NCBI GenBank assembly: GCA_964057225.1
Contig: OZ059897.1
Coordinates: 13,702,001 to 13,766,000 of the forward strand
DNA: 64,000 bases
Source: Auanema rhodensis
Lineage: Eukaryota > Animalia > Nematoda
Reading direction: 5' to 3'
Every line of letters starts with the position of its first letter. Within the stretch, counting starts at the first letter, position 1. This document shows, piece by piece, positions 1 to 14,800 of this stretch. The notes under the pieces were generated by a model that saw only the letters and a program-made list of their open reading frames with translations, ran no database searches and was not told where the DNA came from. Position numbers and translations under genes: made by a program.

Positions 1-482
1 ATCAAAGGAGTTGTTAAAAACCTTGCAGATCAAAAGAAGCCTTCAAAATTAAATGATTTATTTTTAAGCTTCTCTATGTTTTTCGAACTTTTTTGAACAA
101 TTTCTGTTTCTTTTGAAATTTCATACTTTTCTGTATGTGAGTTAGCGTATCTGATAATTATAGTGCTTACGTTCCAGACGTTTTTCTTTCGAAGTCAAAT
201 GATCTAATCAAATTTTTAAAATTGATCTGTTAACTATTAAAATATATTTGGAAACTTATGTAACGGTAGAATATTCAATATATAATATTTCATACATATA
301 TAAGCGTGCTGTCGAAAGTTCCTTAAAATGGCAACAACATACGTAATCATCCTAAAACGCCAGATAATGTTTCATTTTGAATTTATATGAGGAATATTTG
401 TTCAAAGCATAATCAATATATTGTTATCAGCTATGGCAACATACATATATAGTCAGTGTAATGAATTAATATACTGTCTATT

Positions 483-3400
483 ATGTGGCTATTCTTCTTT
501 TCAATATCTCTAGTATTTATTCCGGTTAGTTATGATATTAACCCGATTCTGAAACATGTTTTATTCTCTTAGACTAGTAGCATTGTCGAGCCACAAGTGT
601 TTACTAATAAAGAGTTTCCTTCTCCTTATACTGGATCATTAACAAGGTAAATTTCAATGTGTTTCATCTTATACATTGTGCTTATTTGAAGAGTTCGGAC
701 ACAGTATGTCGTCCCAGACGGATTCGGAACAGTAATCCTATTTCGACAATTTCTTTTATCAGCCAAAGATTGTATATTTATTTGTTCGCTTAAAAATTCT
801 TCTAATTGCGATAAGTATGGCTAATCGTATAATCTTTTGAGAATAATTGTTTCAATTTAGTTTATGTGGTGATGCATTTGATCACAGATCTATGAAAAAA
901 GCGTTAGCTGTTAGCGATTCAGCAGTTATAACTTTAACATCCACTGGTCCACCGGACAACTTATTCCACTCTGGTGTTTATGGGCTCATAAAGGCGTTTG
1001 GTATTGTATTAGTGAAAAAGTTTACATATATCAAATTTTTCTTAGATATTTCCAATCCTCGCATATCTGGCTGCAATGAGACAATTAATTTATTACCTAA
1101 TTCACCTTATTTTCTAGTTTCCCCTAATTATCCAAATTCTATGTCTATTTCTGATTCATGTGTTTTGCTTTTCCAATCATCAAGGAGTATTCGATTAGCA
1201 GTTTATTTCCTTAGCACTTCGTCAGCACTTGATAGGCCTTTTAAAATTATTGGGCGAGATCCTGATGGTAACTGGAATAATCAAACTTATTCGTTAGTTT
1301 ACCAAATTTCCAGCTTTACTTAAATAATTGATTTAGTGGAAAACGTATTAACGATGGTGATCCATTTGGATTATATTATAGTCAATCAGTTTCAATTTCT
1401 TACCAATTTACAGAAGGTCATTCACCTTATCAAAGAGGGTTCTATATAATTGTTGACGAATATGATGGTTTGATTTATATTAGTTTGTTCTTAGTGAAAT
1501 AGTAAACTTTAATTTAGAGGTACCCAAAACTTCAATCGGATGCTTAAACACGGGAAATTTAACACTGAGTTCTAGTGAACCTATTTCTATTCAAACCAGC
1601 AGTTTTGGCCATTCTTCATATCGTCCATTTTCTGACTGTTTATATCAAATTTTAAATCCATCAGAAAATCACCTCATACTAATAAGTATATTAATATAGA
1701 CAATCATTTTTAAATACCTACCACAGATTTACAATATGAAAGCGAAAAGTGCTGTGATTTAATGGATTTTGATGGTATTGGAGTTCCTCCATTCTCCGTA
1801 GGAAGCTTAATTCTATTAAATTGATCCTGTTGTTATTTTTTGAGGGAGGAACTTATCAAGGATCTCAATATGAATACTGGAATTTCGCACATTCGAACTT
1901 TATAACTATGCATTTCCAATCTGATGGCGTTATAGACGGTCCTGGGTTTTTTGGTAGTTTTTATGATGTTGGTAATAAAAAAAGTTGAATAATGAGTCAT
2001 ACTATCGGATTTTATTTCCAGATTGCAGTTGTGGTGATTCTCAAATTATGCTTACACCTGTTTCTACACATCTGCTGTCAATACCGGATGTATCTTCGAA
2101 GTCACCATCTTATTGTCCTTCCTTAAACTGTTCCTGGACAATAAACTTCGCTAATAATTTTGACCTGCATATAACATTCGATTCTATTTCCCTACGTATG
2201 CCATCCACAGGTACAGATAGTTTGTCTATTAACGACAACTTTGGAACAAATTACAAACAGTCTGTTGTAAAATTGCTAATTTCGTTCTAATATTACTTTC
2301 AATATAGAACAACAAGCGTCAACCTGCCACCTGAATCATTAGTTATAACTTCTGGACCCATCACAACGTTTTTCACTAGTTCAACTGCCGACTCTTTTCT
2401 GCCAAGTCAAATGGGAACAGGGTTTTCAATGAAAATGGAACTATATAAGAGTAATTTATAATTTCTTCAAAAATTATATATGATTCTCATCTAAATTTTC
2501 TTTCAGAGGAAATAATACGAACATCTATCCTCTTTACGGATTCAATGGCGTTTCAAGATATTTCTACGGGAGCGTTTGGCTCTCATAAGAATGGCACTTA
2601 CGAATTTCTTGTTGTAGCCAGAGATGAGTCAAGAAAAGTAAGAAAAACAACAAATTTAAGACATTTATATTATTTAGTATTGTATAGGTAACAATTCATT
2701 TCTTTTCAACTACTGACCAAAGAGCTAATATTGATATATTTAATGGAAAAGAGCCTGACAATGAAGCGAAAATTGATAGAGCGTAGAGATAGTATTTATA
2801 ATTGAATATTGTTCAATTGATTTTTTAAAGATTTCTTTCAAATATATCCGAAGAAGGGATTCCAACAACATTCACATCAACAGGCTCATCTGTCTTGATT
2901 CGCATACGAGCTAATAATGATTATCCGAACAATTTGCCAGATTTCCAAGCCATGGTTACTGATTTAGCATGTTAGTTTTTCAAAAATTAAACACATCAAA
3001 AACAATTATTTAGATGATGAATTAACTACATATACAACATCAACAAAAGATGTAATAATGAAACTAAGCTCAAAATCACGTTATACTGTAAGTATTTATT
3101 TGATATATAATATTATAAAAATAGAAAAAAACAACCGGAATGTTTGCCTGCAAATGATTTTCAATATAATTTCCTTTTGACGTTAAAATACGTGAACACA
3201 TATATATATATGCTAATCTAATTTTCATTTAAGATTTTACATGCAACTGATGTTAATTATGATTGGCAATTAACAATGTCTTTAAAACTTTCTTCTACCA
3301 CGTCTAATTTTGAAGTATATAAAGGATTAACAGAAAGCTCAACTCATTTAATATCAAGGTAGTTCAAAACTTCTTTTTAAACTTCTTACTTGACTCATAT

Positions 3401-4118
3401 TTATATTGAAAATATAAGTTTTATAGGACATCTATTTATCAACTACCGGAAATAATTTTTGATCGTTATATAGTTATTAAAAACTTGAACTTATCTGATT
3501 TATATTGTGAATACAGTTGGTCAGTATTAGGTTTGTTAGGAAACTTTCTGATGTTTTTCTATAAATTATTGTATAGCTGGAGAATTAATTCCTTTAACCT
3601 TTTCTTCAAAAGATGTTGGCTTCATTGCTACTTCAGACTATCTTCCTTATTTGACACCACAACAATCACACCAACAAATATCATTTGATATGGTATTTTA
3701 AAATATTTTTTCAACTAATATGGTTATTCAGACTGATCAAGAACAACTTGGAATTCATTTGGAATTTTTAAAATCTAGTAATATGGGATTCGGAGTGATA
3801 CAAGTGGAACAATTTGGAAAACTGATACATACGGAAAAGTTGAGAAAGGTGCTTGATTGTTGTTAAAGTAAATATTATTTAGTTTCAATGGATCGAACGG
3901 AAGCTTTCATATTGAGAAATGCGGAACAAAACTTATTGTACAATACAAATCACCAGCTGGCTTGAACAATGGTTTATACATTAGATATGGAGCCGGTAAA
4001 CTGAAAAACGTTTCATCATATATTTTTAGTTTTATTCTTAGGTTCACTTCAATGTAAAGGAATATCAAGAATATCGTTGATTATTATCTATCTGATTGCT
4101 ATTTATAATTTAATATAA
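483..4118 (+). CDS. Multi-exon CUB/CUB-like domain cell-surface protein with signal peptide and hydrophobic (GPI-like) C-terminus
   Basis: Exon 1 MWLFFFSISLVFIP followed by GTTAGT donor. CUB-type motifs in later exons: LVSPNYPNS, YESEKCCD, MHFQSDGVIDGPGF, YCPSLNCSWTI. Last exon GSLQCKGISRISLIIIYLIAIYNLI* with TAA at 4116-4118. Many short GT-AG introns. Confidence 0.8.
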
Positions 4119-4255
4119 TTTATTATTAACTTATTTATCAATATTTATTTGAATCTATTGGCTTTGTTCATGATATAGTTTACAACAATTGAGCAAAACA
4201 AACTGGTAAAAACATAATAAATTCATATAATTTGAAATAAAAATTGACCTGGATA

Positions 4256-5646
4256 TTATGATGACTGAAATAAGTAGGCTGGATAGTAATTTGATTGCCA
4301 AAAACATCCGACAAAATTATAAAATTCACTTATTGAAATATTTTCATTTTGTGAAGAAGCTAAAACTATATCGAAGTTTTGAAGATCAATTAGTTGTGTT
4401 AACATAAATATAAAAATTGAAGCTAATGCTGCATATTCTAAAAGAGCATCTTTGTATGGAACTGAAATAAAATTGTATAATTTAAAGAAAAAAGAAGAAT
4501 ATCTCACCAAAATAATGACAAGGCTTCTCGTTAATGAATGATATATATGATTGTTCAACGTTAAAAACTGTGCTGAGAAAAATCATTAAACATGCTACAC
4601 GTATTATCAAAAGTTCAATATTCTGAAATAAATAAAAACAATTAAGAAAGAATAGCTGAATGTACCTTATATTCATCTTTTGACATTGTGAAGATAGTAT
4701 ATAGTGAAGCATATATGCCGAAGCACATACCAAATATTGAAATATACTTATCAAATAATGAACTCCCTATAATTAAGGTTGTTATTGAATGTAAAACTTG
4801 ATAATATACATTCATAATCAATGGAATGTTGAAACATTAAAATAAATAATGCAAATATCATCCATGGAATTTCTAGAATAGGTAGAGCAATGGAGAAGAA
4901 TTGAGTAAAAAATGATTTCTTCTTTATAGCCACAAAAGCTGTAACAGCCCAGCATAGATGAATCTTCAAAGGACGTGAAATATAATAAAAAAGATGATCG
5001 AATATTACCCTCATATGGAAACTTAATAGTAGTGCTGTACGCATGAGAACTTGAGCTTCTTGATAAAATGATAGAAGTCTCAATATTGATGGTAAAGAGG
5101 TATATGTAGGAAGAGCTGTTTGCTATTAATAAATAGTTTATTAATTAAAATTAAAAATTTTAATTACCTGACATGTTAAGTTTAAACGATGAGTACCATA
5201 TGTATAATTTAGAGTCTCAGAATATAGAAAAGAATGTAATGGATGATCTTCAGAATATGCTTCATTAATCAATTGTAATGTTGGCTTAGTGTTTCCAGAA
5301 AATCTTTGATAAACTTTTCATAAAAATATAAATTTAAATATCTTCAACTTACTTATACATGCTTAATAGAAAATCACCAGTAATGTTGAACTGTTTAACG
5401 GGAACGGGCTTGTTAAACATTGTTATACCAATACCATACAGTGATAAGATAAATCCAATAATAAATAATAGAGATCCAAATTTTATAGCTTTAATCGATC
5501 CATAATTTACATGACTTGGTTCAAAATCATGTAAACTAAAAGTTAAAAATCATTATTTGAAGAAAAATATTAAAATGAAACTCTTACCATTCTTTACTCA
5601 ATTCATGAATTTGGTTGGAGGAGTAGTAAATGGTCTCTTCCTGCAT
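4256..5646 (-). CDS. Frag1/DRAM/Sfk1 (PGAP2/CWH43 N-terminal-like) multi-pass membrane protein
   Basis: Spliced translation MQEETIYY...KFGSLLFIIGFILSLYGIGITM...LPSILRLLSFYQEAQVLMRTALLLSFHMRV...LEIPWMIFALFILMFQHSIDYE...VPYKDALLEYAALASIFIFMLTQLIDL. The LPSI and ALLEY...T...D patterns resemble the PGAP2/Frag1 family. The start at 5646 is tentative. Confidence 0.6.
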
Positions 5647-8600
5647 TCACAGTTAATGAATGTATGTGGGCAGGAAAAAGCTTAACCTTCTTCAGAAAAA
5701 AGGAAGCAAATTACGAGAACACGGCTGAAATACTAGCAGATGTTGATTATTGCAAGAACAGGCTTTCGGAAACTCTATCTATAACACCTATAATCATGCA
5801 CTATATTCGAATTGTGGGAATAAAAACATTTCTGACACGCCTTCTAAGTTTGAAAAAAAAAGTTTCGGCTTTAAGAGATAGCCAAGAAAGGTTTACGGCT
5901 AAAGTACTGTGCAATTTAGGATCATAGATAGCCGCTAGAAGATACAAAGAATAATGGAAAACGATGACTTCAATAAAAGGATGGACTGGAGAGAAGGGCT
6001 TGACGAAGAGGGTGAGAGAAATTAATGGTTTAGCACATGGCGTAATATCCTGATAAAGCCCGCAGGGACACGAAGTTGACAACCTGATCAGCCGCACTTT
6101 GCGTAATCCTTTAGTATAATGCATAGCTTTCGGTTTCCTGCTTCAATTTTAAATCTTGAGAGAAAACTGATGAAGCTTAAAACAATGAAAAACACGATAA
6201 ATGATCATGCTAGGTAGACTAATGTATGATGTGACTATTTTAATGAAGCAGACACTAATGTTTCATTGAAAACATCTTATATAGCTATATGCTAGCATTA
6301 AATGATCTTGAAAGCTTTGAAAACGAATAAGGAATCATAAAATTCATCATTTCTTTGCATATAATGGGAACTTTCATTTATTCCGACAAATATCAGAAAA
6401 TACAGGATAAGTGGACACTTGAATCACACCGTACACAATCTATACTTTCAAATATAAGAGAAAAAAAAAGATTTTTTTCTCATGTAATTTATTGCGAAAG
6501 AATATATTTCTTTCTTAGTGTGTGGCAAACAACATTATAAATATTGGTTTACTATATTATATAATTAGTTAAAATAACGTAATGAATATAAAGATTTTTA
6601 ATAGTGTCACATATCAATTGATCATATTGAAACCGTATATTGAGATTAATGTCAAAATGATAATATCTATGTATATTTTCCCAACGCTCATAATACATCA
6701 ATGAAATCAACAACCGCGTTATTCATCTGTAATCAATCAAATGAGCTTTTATTCAAATTTAAATGAGAGTTCAATAATCTGCGTCTTCCTTATGATTCGT
6801 TATCATTTCAACCTTCATTTGCATATTTTCATTATAATCCAATTTAGAAAAACGTTGATATTGATGTTAAATAGATTTTTAATTTATATTTTTTAATTAT
6901 TTTAATCATACCATTTTATAAAATAAAAAATATTATTCATAGGTACTTATATATGTGTAATATTTATACATATTTGTCTTATACAACTATTATTTCTTAA
7001 ATATTTTTATTTTCAATTTCATTTTTATAAATAGAATGTACTGAAAGTAAATTTAACTAGCAATACTTGAAAATACCTTGAGATCAAGCAACAATAATAA
7101 AACATTTGAAAAATTCAATAACATTGTAATTGAGCACTTTTTCCTAGATTCGTTTCATTACTGAACTTCTCAAGGTAAACGTTTACATAATATTTTCTTT
7201 AAACCATCAGAATAATTTCAAATATTAGGCTTTTACTAGTAGGTAATATCATATCGATTAACGTTAACCCATGTTTAATATGCATGTGTGTTTTCTCCTT
7301 CCGAAATACACCATGATTTAATCAATATATCAATTAGAATCATTTTAAGATTATCCATTCTTATTATTAATAATAATTTTTATTTTTTTTATTATTCTAT
7401 AATGAGGAGAGAATTGATATTCAAAGTGATTTGTTAATAGAAATAGGGTTTTTATCATTAACAGTTCAATTAATTTTTTGATTATTAATTTTATTATATT
7501 TCTGATGTCTAATTGAATCTTTGATTCTTTTCTTTATTTTTTTTAATATTCTTATAATATTTTTTTGTAAATTTATATTAATTATAGAATATATTCTTAC
7601 TGTCTATTTCTCTTTCTTACCCCTCTGTTCCATCTCAATTTTTCATCATTTTAATTCTCATCAAATATAATATTATAGAATTGACAGCTATAGTTTTCAT
7701 GTAAAATGATTATAAAAAAGATAAGAATTTCTTATTTTTATCCTTCAATCATATTTATATATTTCCAGAATCATTTTTTCTGACAATGAACATCCGATAT
7801 TGTTTTGATAGATTCTAATCTCCGAGCCTTTTTCCTAATTGATTTAGTTGCGAAATTGCTTATTCAACAAATATTAATAATCTTTTAAATATAATTGTTA
7901 TGTTTTACATAATAATTGAAGAAACCAAATTTTCTATCTTACAATAATGAATTGACTATGATAGTATAGTTTACTGAAAGAAACTTCCGTTTTTTTTCAT
8001 ATCATATTGAGAAATGTATGATAAGCAATTGACCATGTGAGATAATTTTCTGAAGAATTGGAGATCGTCGATTTAGTTTGTGTGCTTACTCAAGAAAATA
8101 ACAAAGTAAATAAGTTTTACGTTACGACTGTAGAAAGGCATACAGCAGTGAATTGGTACTGATAAGAAGAGGTAGGGTTGGGAAAGTGATATTCTCTTCC
8201 CTCTCCTCACTTGTCTCTCTATATCTTTTTCTCTTTTTCTTTTTCAACTATTTCACTTCTTTCTTTCATTCGACATTTTTCTTTTTTTTTTCATTCTTAC
8301 TTAATTCCTCTCATTTTCTTATACATCAAAACTAATTCTCTCCTTTTTCTTTGTTATCCATTTGCAGACACAATTCGTTGGCACATTCTGCCCTTTCAGT
8401 TGAGCTCATACTTTTGTTCATCATTAAGAGTTTCAAGGACAATTATCGTTCATACAGTTACTATTTACAAATCTTTTTTTTCCTATTCTTCTATATTTAC
8501 TTACCGGACAACTACTCATCACTCTTTCTCATGTACATGTGCTCGTTGATTAATTACGATTTTTAAAATACATTTTTATTGTTTACTTTTTCATCTTCTA

Positions 8601-8789
8601 TCATCAAGCCTCTTCTTCGTCATCCTACTTCTACCACTTCACTTTCAGCATTTAATACCATTAAAATGGCCTAAGATCATTTTCTTTTCATCTAATTTCT
8701 ATCTTGTAACTTGCCATTTATTTCAGAAAAATATTTCCCCTCTCTGGAAAAAAAAAACTTTATACGTCGTTGAATGTGTACTGTAAGAC

Positions 8790-10696
8790 ATGTCAGGTTT
8801 TGAGATCGAGTATTTTCATGATCCTTTTAAATGCTCATTTTCGTTTTCTTTTTTTTTTTAATTAAACTACATGATCTTAGATGCGATAACTTAATTCAAC
8901 TTATATAACTTAGAATCAAAAAAGTTTTAAAATTCAAATTGTATCACGTGCTTCAGTTTACAAATTTGTTTTAAACAATGGCACTATTTGACTTAATTAC
9001 ACGCAATAGTAGACAATTTTTATTTAATGAACTAAAATTTGACAACATATTTAAGTAAAAAGAAAACCAATAAACACAATACAACGTCTTTTCTGAAATC
9101 ATTACTTAGTTATCTTTCTAGCAATTCGAACCTGTTTGCATTTTTGTTCATACAATTGAGCGTAGAACACGCCTTTATGAAATAGCTAGTATCTAAGATG
9201 TTGGATCTATTATATCTATTTGTCTTTATACATTCTTAATAATTATTAATTAAAACTCATTAAATATATTATTTCATTGAAATATTTCTCAGCTATTCTT
9301 ATCATTTTATCAAGATAAAGCATGCAGATAAAATTATTTTTTCTTTTATTTTGTCTTTTTTGTTGAATACGGAATATGCACCCAATCTTTATCGGATGCT
9401 CCTATGAAATCATCCAAACAACCGTTTATAGCCTCTTTAAATCCAAATTCTTTTTTTTTCTTTTTTTAGAAACATGCCATGCTTGATATTTGCGTTCAGA
9501 ATATTTTGATTAAGATTTAGTTCATTTGTTTGTACCTATCAATCAACACAAATGCAAGACAAATTATACTTGTCCATTGTAGCGATGGCTGGAAAGTTGA
9601 TATGATAACTATAAAAATCAATAACTTTTCTTTTTTTTTCTTGTCTATTATATTTCTTTTTCTTATCATCAACATCTTCGTAATCGTGTTCATACTTGAT
9701 GATTATTATCATTTTTCTCTTGATTTCATTCAGTTACTCAACTTATTTCATATCTTCAACTTCTTTTTATCATTGGATCTTGAAATATTCACTCACACCT
9801 GCCAAACGATTAATCGAATATTTAGATAATTTGTCGGCATTCTGGAAATTTCCGCCATGTTTTTCTTACTAAAAATATTAAGTAGCAAAGATTTTTATTC
9901 ATTTTTTCCAAAAAAAATTGTAAATAAGTTATAAATCTATGTTAAATAAAGCTTATGTTCTTTTGATTTGAATACTTTTTTATACATTTTCTATTCTTAA
10001 CCCTCGCTTCTCCTCTTTTTATTATTTTTAGGTCTTTCAATTTCTACTATAAATTTAATCTTAAGTTTTTGTTGATCAAAAAACATAATTTAACAAAGTT
10101 TTTGAATCTGTTGATTGTTGACCAACACCTAGTGAAACTAACAAAAACATCTTCTCCCGGATTATATCTGTTTTGTAAAGCCAAATCTATTTATTGAATG
10201 ATGAAATCTTTAACATAAAACCCTACAAGTATCTTTTTTCGTCGTTTTTCCAATTTTTTTTTCTCATTCTCTATTCATATAATGAGTTTAAGGAAGCTTT
10301 TCTGCAGAGTGATATAGCTGATAAACTATAGCAATGAACTTTATCCCTCTGTTACAACTTTTTCAAATTTCATCAATATGCCCAGCTCTGCAGACAATGG
10401 CTCTTCTCCTCAGCACATAGCACAAACCCTTATCTTATTGGCTCTTGAGAATTTTTCGTCTAAATTTCAACAATATTAACTATTAGTAGAATATATAAAA
10501 AATAAATAAAACCTTCTCTCATTGGTCTTGTAATGAAATCGATGAAACTGTCCGGTTTAAGAAAGATCAAAATCAGCATTTTGACCAAATTTATTTTGAG
10601 GATCAGCTGCTAGATGTATGACACTGAGTTGTTTTCAAGCCTTGATTCTATAGAAATTTTCTATTACTTGTTTTATACATACACATACACATATAT

Positions 10697-10780
<84 letters not shown>

Positions 10781-11785
10781 TTCTGTTTTTCTCTTAGCTT
10801 TCTAGATGTCTTCATTTCAACTCTCACCCTATCTTTTCATCCTATTTGCTCTTCTTTTCCATCTCAACTCCATTTTTGTTCCTCCTCTTCTCTCCCTTTG
10901 TCTCACTTTATCTGCCCTTCCTCTCCCTCATTCCCTGTCTGGTTCTCTCTTCATCTTGCCTACTCTTCCCCTTTATCGGTTAATTTCCGATTTTCACATC
11001 AACGTTTTCAATTCTAACTTATTTTTGTTACGATATCTCCAATCCCGGAATTTGGAAGCAATTTCATAAGAACAGCTGGTATTGATCTTAAAATCAATAA
11101 AACATGATGATTTCTGTTTGAAATAATTCTATTTGAAGATATATATATATATTTCATCAAGATGTATAGCATAAAGTTTTTAATTTTTATTTATTAACCA
11201 AGAAATTAATCAGATGATTACACTAATTATTCTTTATATCTCTGAATAATGAGAATAAATAGAAAATTTGATTTCAGATTTCCAATTTGACTCCTACAAG
11301 CTCTTCCCATATTCTATTTTATATCTCTGTGTTCGTTGTTTTGCTCGAAACTTCTTGAATTCACTTTATTGATTGAATAGCCACGAAAGTTTCAGATTCC
11401 AAATGTTCAATATACAGTGTATGTTGTCATTTCTGTTTCCAATCACTCATAACATAAAAAATTTTCCGACCAAGATGCTCATATATCCTTTCACTACTTT
11501 TAGATATATATTATTTCTCGTGATTTTTTTAGTTTTAATATTTTGATACTTTATTTTATAAACCATCAATCATTTCAACGGCTTATCTCCGAAATTTAGC
11601 ATCTAAAGTCCATATTTTAGTGTTATGTTGTTTTTAGATCATATAGTGTTTCTTCTTAAGCTGACCTCCATTTAGAAAAATTATTCCTCAGCCGATACTT
11701 TTCCTATGTCGCTGCTTTGTAGTCCAGCTTTCCTATTTTTCCATAATAATTGTTATTTTATTTCCTTTTGTTTATTCAATTATTC

Positions 11786-11845
<60 letters not shown>

Positions 11846-14800
11846 ATAGGCATTGGAAACACTTGTCTATTAATTGAATAGAAATCATTGCAAAATATTC
11901 TCATAAGCAGAAAGTGAAAGAAGCAGTTTTTCTCTTAATATTCCATAAAAAGAAAGCTAGTAGTGAATACCAACGATAGAAAGAGAAAGAGAGAGAGAGA
12001 GATTGGATGAATTGTCATTCAGGGTCGTTATCATTTGTTCTAAAATTAGAAGCTTGTCAAAAATGGCTAGCTATGCGTCATATAAAAACATGTATACTAT
12101 TTTCTGGTTATCTATGTTCTTTATTTCAATTTCATATATCATAATAGTCAGTTCCAGGCCCTTCAACGGATATGACCGAAGAAATTACAATATTAGGTTG
12201 GATTTTGATGTATGTTATGTGAAAAATATGATTGAAAATGCGTTTTGCTATAACATTTCTATTTTGTGCACAGAAAAAGCTTTTATGTTACAATTAAGTT
12301 TTTAAATAAGTTCATATATTATTAATTTCTCTATTCATCATGTGTATGAAGTTTCAGTTTCGGAAGATGATATCATAGAAGCAACCGAACCCTTCAAACG
12401 CCAGGGAGCTGTGGCAATTGCCCAATTAGAAGAGGTTTTTATTTTCAAAAAATTAATTTAAATTTAAAAATATTAAAAAAAAAACTTATTTGTTAACTGT
12501 TTTCGATTTTATTTTTAATCAACAACCGGTCATGTTATCCACTAGCAAAGAAATGAAATTAGTGATGTTCACGTGTTATTATACTATTTCACGTGAAAAA
12601 TATCCTAATCCACGTCATATTTCAGCAATTGAAGAAAACTTTATCTTCATTATCGATCGTAATCGATAACTCTAGTTCAATTAATGATATTATTAGTAAT
12701 AGTTTGCCTCAGTTAACCCTAATTTGGAGAAAGCGAGCAAATAATTCCGAAATTGCTTTCAAGGTATATCTATTGACTATTTTGCTCATTCAATGAATTG
12801 TTTTATTAAATTTTCCAATTCCAGGGTTTACTCATTATTTTGGAATATTGCCTGTCAAAGTCGTTCGAGGCTCATTTATGTTTTGAGCAGTTAGTTAACG
12901 TTCTAGGGTTTCATACAGTGCAGTTTTGGAAGTAAGTCAATACCTGTTTATTTATTTTCCTTTTTTTTTAATTTGTTTAATTTTGTCAGATATTCTGTTC
13001 CATATATTTTCGATTCCGATTTATCGAAAGGCACCAAGTATCGAGATTCGTTATTATTTTCTTTAACGCTCTATGATATCAACACCGGAAAAAGTAGATT
13101 GAAGTGAGAATATTTTAAAGTTTATCAAATTGAAAACAAAAATTCATCTTAAGAGAACTTTATGCTGCTGTGCCTGGTATCAGAAAATCTTTATTAGGCC
13201 AACATGCTAAACAATTTGGAGAACGGTATCATCATCTTCAGCGACGTCTCTCACGTCATAATTCCGTCAATAGCATTAACAGTATTGAAAGTTGTGGAAG
13301 TGAGAACGTAGAGGGTACTATTATCATATCATTAGTTTAATAATTTATTATCTTTCTTGTAAAGTACTTGGAACTCCGACTAGAAGAAAGTCTTTTGATT
13401 CCAATGTATCTGATATAGAAGATGGAAAAAATGAAGAAGATGATCATGCGCGTATTTCTAGTGGAGGATTGGCTACAAACCATTTCCAAGTTCGCATTTG
13501 TTATTCAAAATACTTCTTTCTTCTATATGTTTGTTCGAGAAATACTTTTCTTTGTTCAGCAACGTGTGATCAATGTATCAAACGCTCCTCCAGTGTCATT
13601 GAAGAGGGAAAAAACTGGGGACTGGGAAATCACACAAGGCTCTGGAGGCTTAGTAGCATGTGTTGATCCTGTAATGTCAAAAGATCATGAAAACATGTGG
13701 TTAGCTAATTTGGGAATGAATATAAATCAGAAAAGAAGAAGGTTTTAATGAAAAGCGAACTAATTTTTTTGAGAAAAATATTTTTAAAGTTCGTTCCAAT
13801 CGGATTGTTCTAATTTGGCTCCATCAACCAATACTCTTGGATTGCCTTTGATTAAGCAAGCAATTGCTGATGTAAGTGTTGTTTATACTATAAAAATGAT
13901 TTTTATTTTGAAGGTTTTCTTCCATTTTTTGGCAGATGATGAAAAGGTTGAAGCTTCATCTCCAGACGAGAAAGAGGAACAGCAGAGAAAAGCCAGGCTA
14001 GAAATACACATATCTATATCTAAACTATACTATTATTCAATTACAGAGAAGAAATGTCCCTTCTTGGAGTTTTACATAACTATAACCGAGGAAATTACAA
14101 ATTGAATCCTGTTATAGTACAAGAAGACGATTACAATGTAAAATATTATTTTATATATAAAATATTTTCAATTTGTTTCATTTAGGTCTACTATGGTGGA
14201 ATCAGTAATGGTGTCTTATGGCCAGCACTTCATAATCTTCCAGAATATATTGTTTCTGATTATGATGATCCGATGGTTTGAATATATTATTAATATAAAA
14301 TATTATATTTTTTAAGACTTTAAAAGATCATTGGTGTGCTTATGTTCGCGTCAATTACCAGTTTGCTATTGATGCTGTTAGAAATAGCAGACCACAGGTA
14401 TAACATTTCGAATATAAATTTTAAATTTTATTGAATATAGGATTTCATCTGGATTCATGATTATCATTTAATGCTTACTGGAATGATCATGCAGTCATTA
14501 GATCCCAATTTGGAGGTTTTCCAGATTCATATAGTTTGTTGATGTTGACATGATATCTCTGTTTAGGTTGGATTTTTCTTGCACATTCCATTCCAGCCAC
14601 CTGAGAACTTCTTCTCGAAGTATGCTACTTGTGGATTCCCCATGCTTCGTGGTCTTTTGAAATTCACAAAGGTAAATAATTTTTGATTACGTTTTTTTTA
14701 AATATATAAATAATATTAATATGAATGAATATTATAATTATTATTTTAAATTTTAGGTTGGATTCCAAACTCATCGTGATCGTGAAAAATATATTGAATT

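Noticed and set aside
5690-6124. ORF 5801-6124(-) and an apparent frameshift at the A6 run (5696-5701) that could extend the Frag1-like gene
   Set aside because: An in-frame ATG at 5646 explains the gene without an indel, and the upstream frames show no recognisable domain.
8153-11069. F/L/S-rich and YIYI ORFs
   Set aside because: Products of CT-rich tracts and (AT)n repeats in the tps 5' region; no splice structure or homology.
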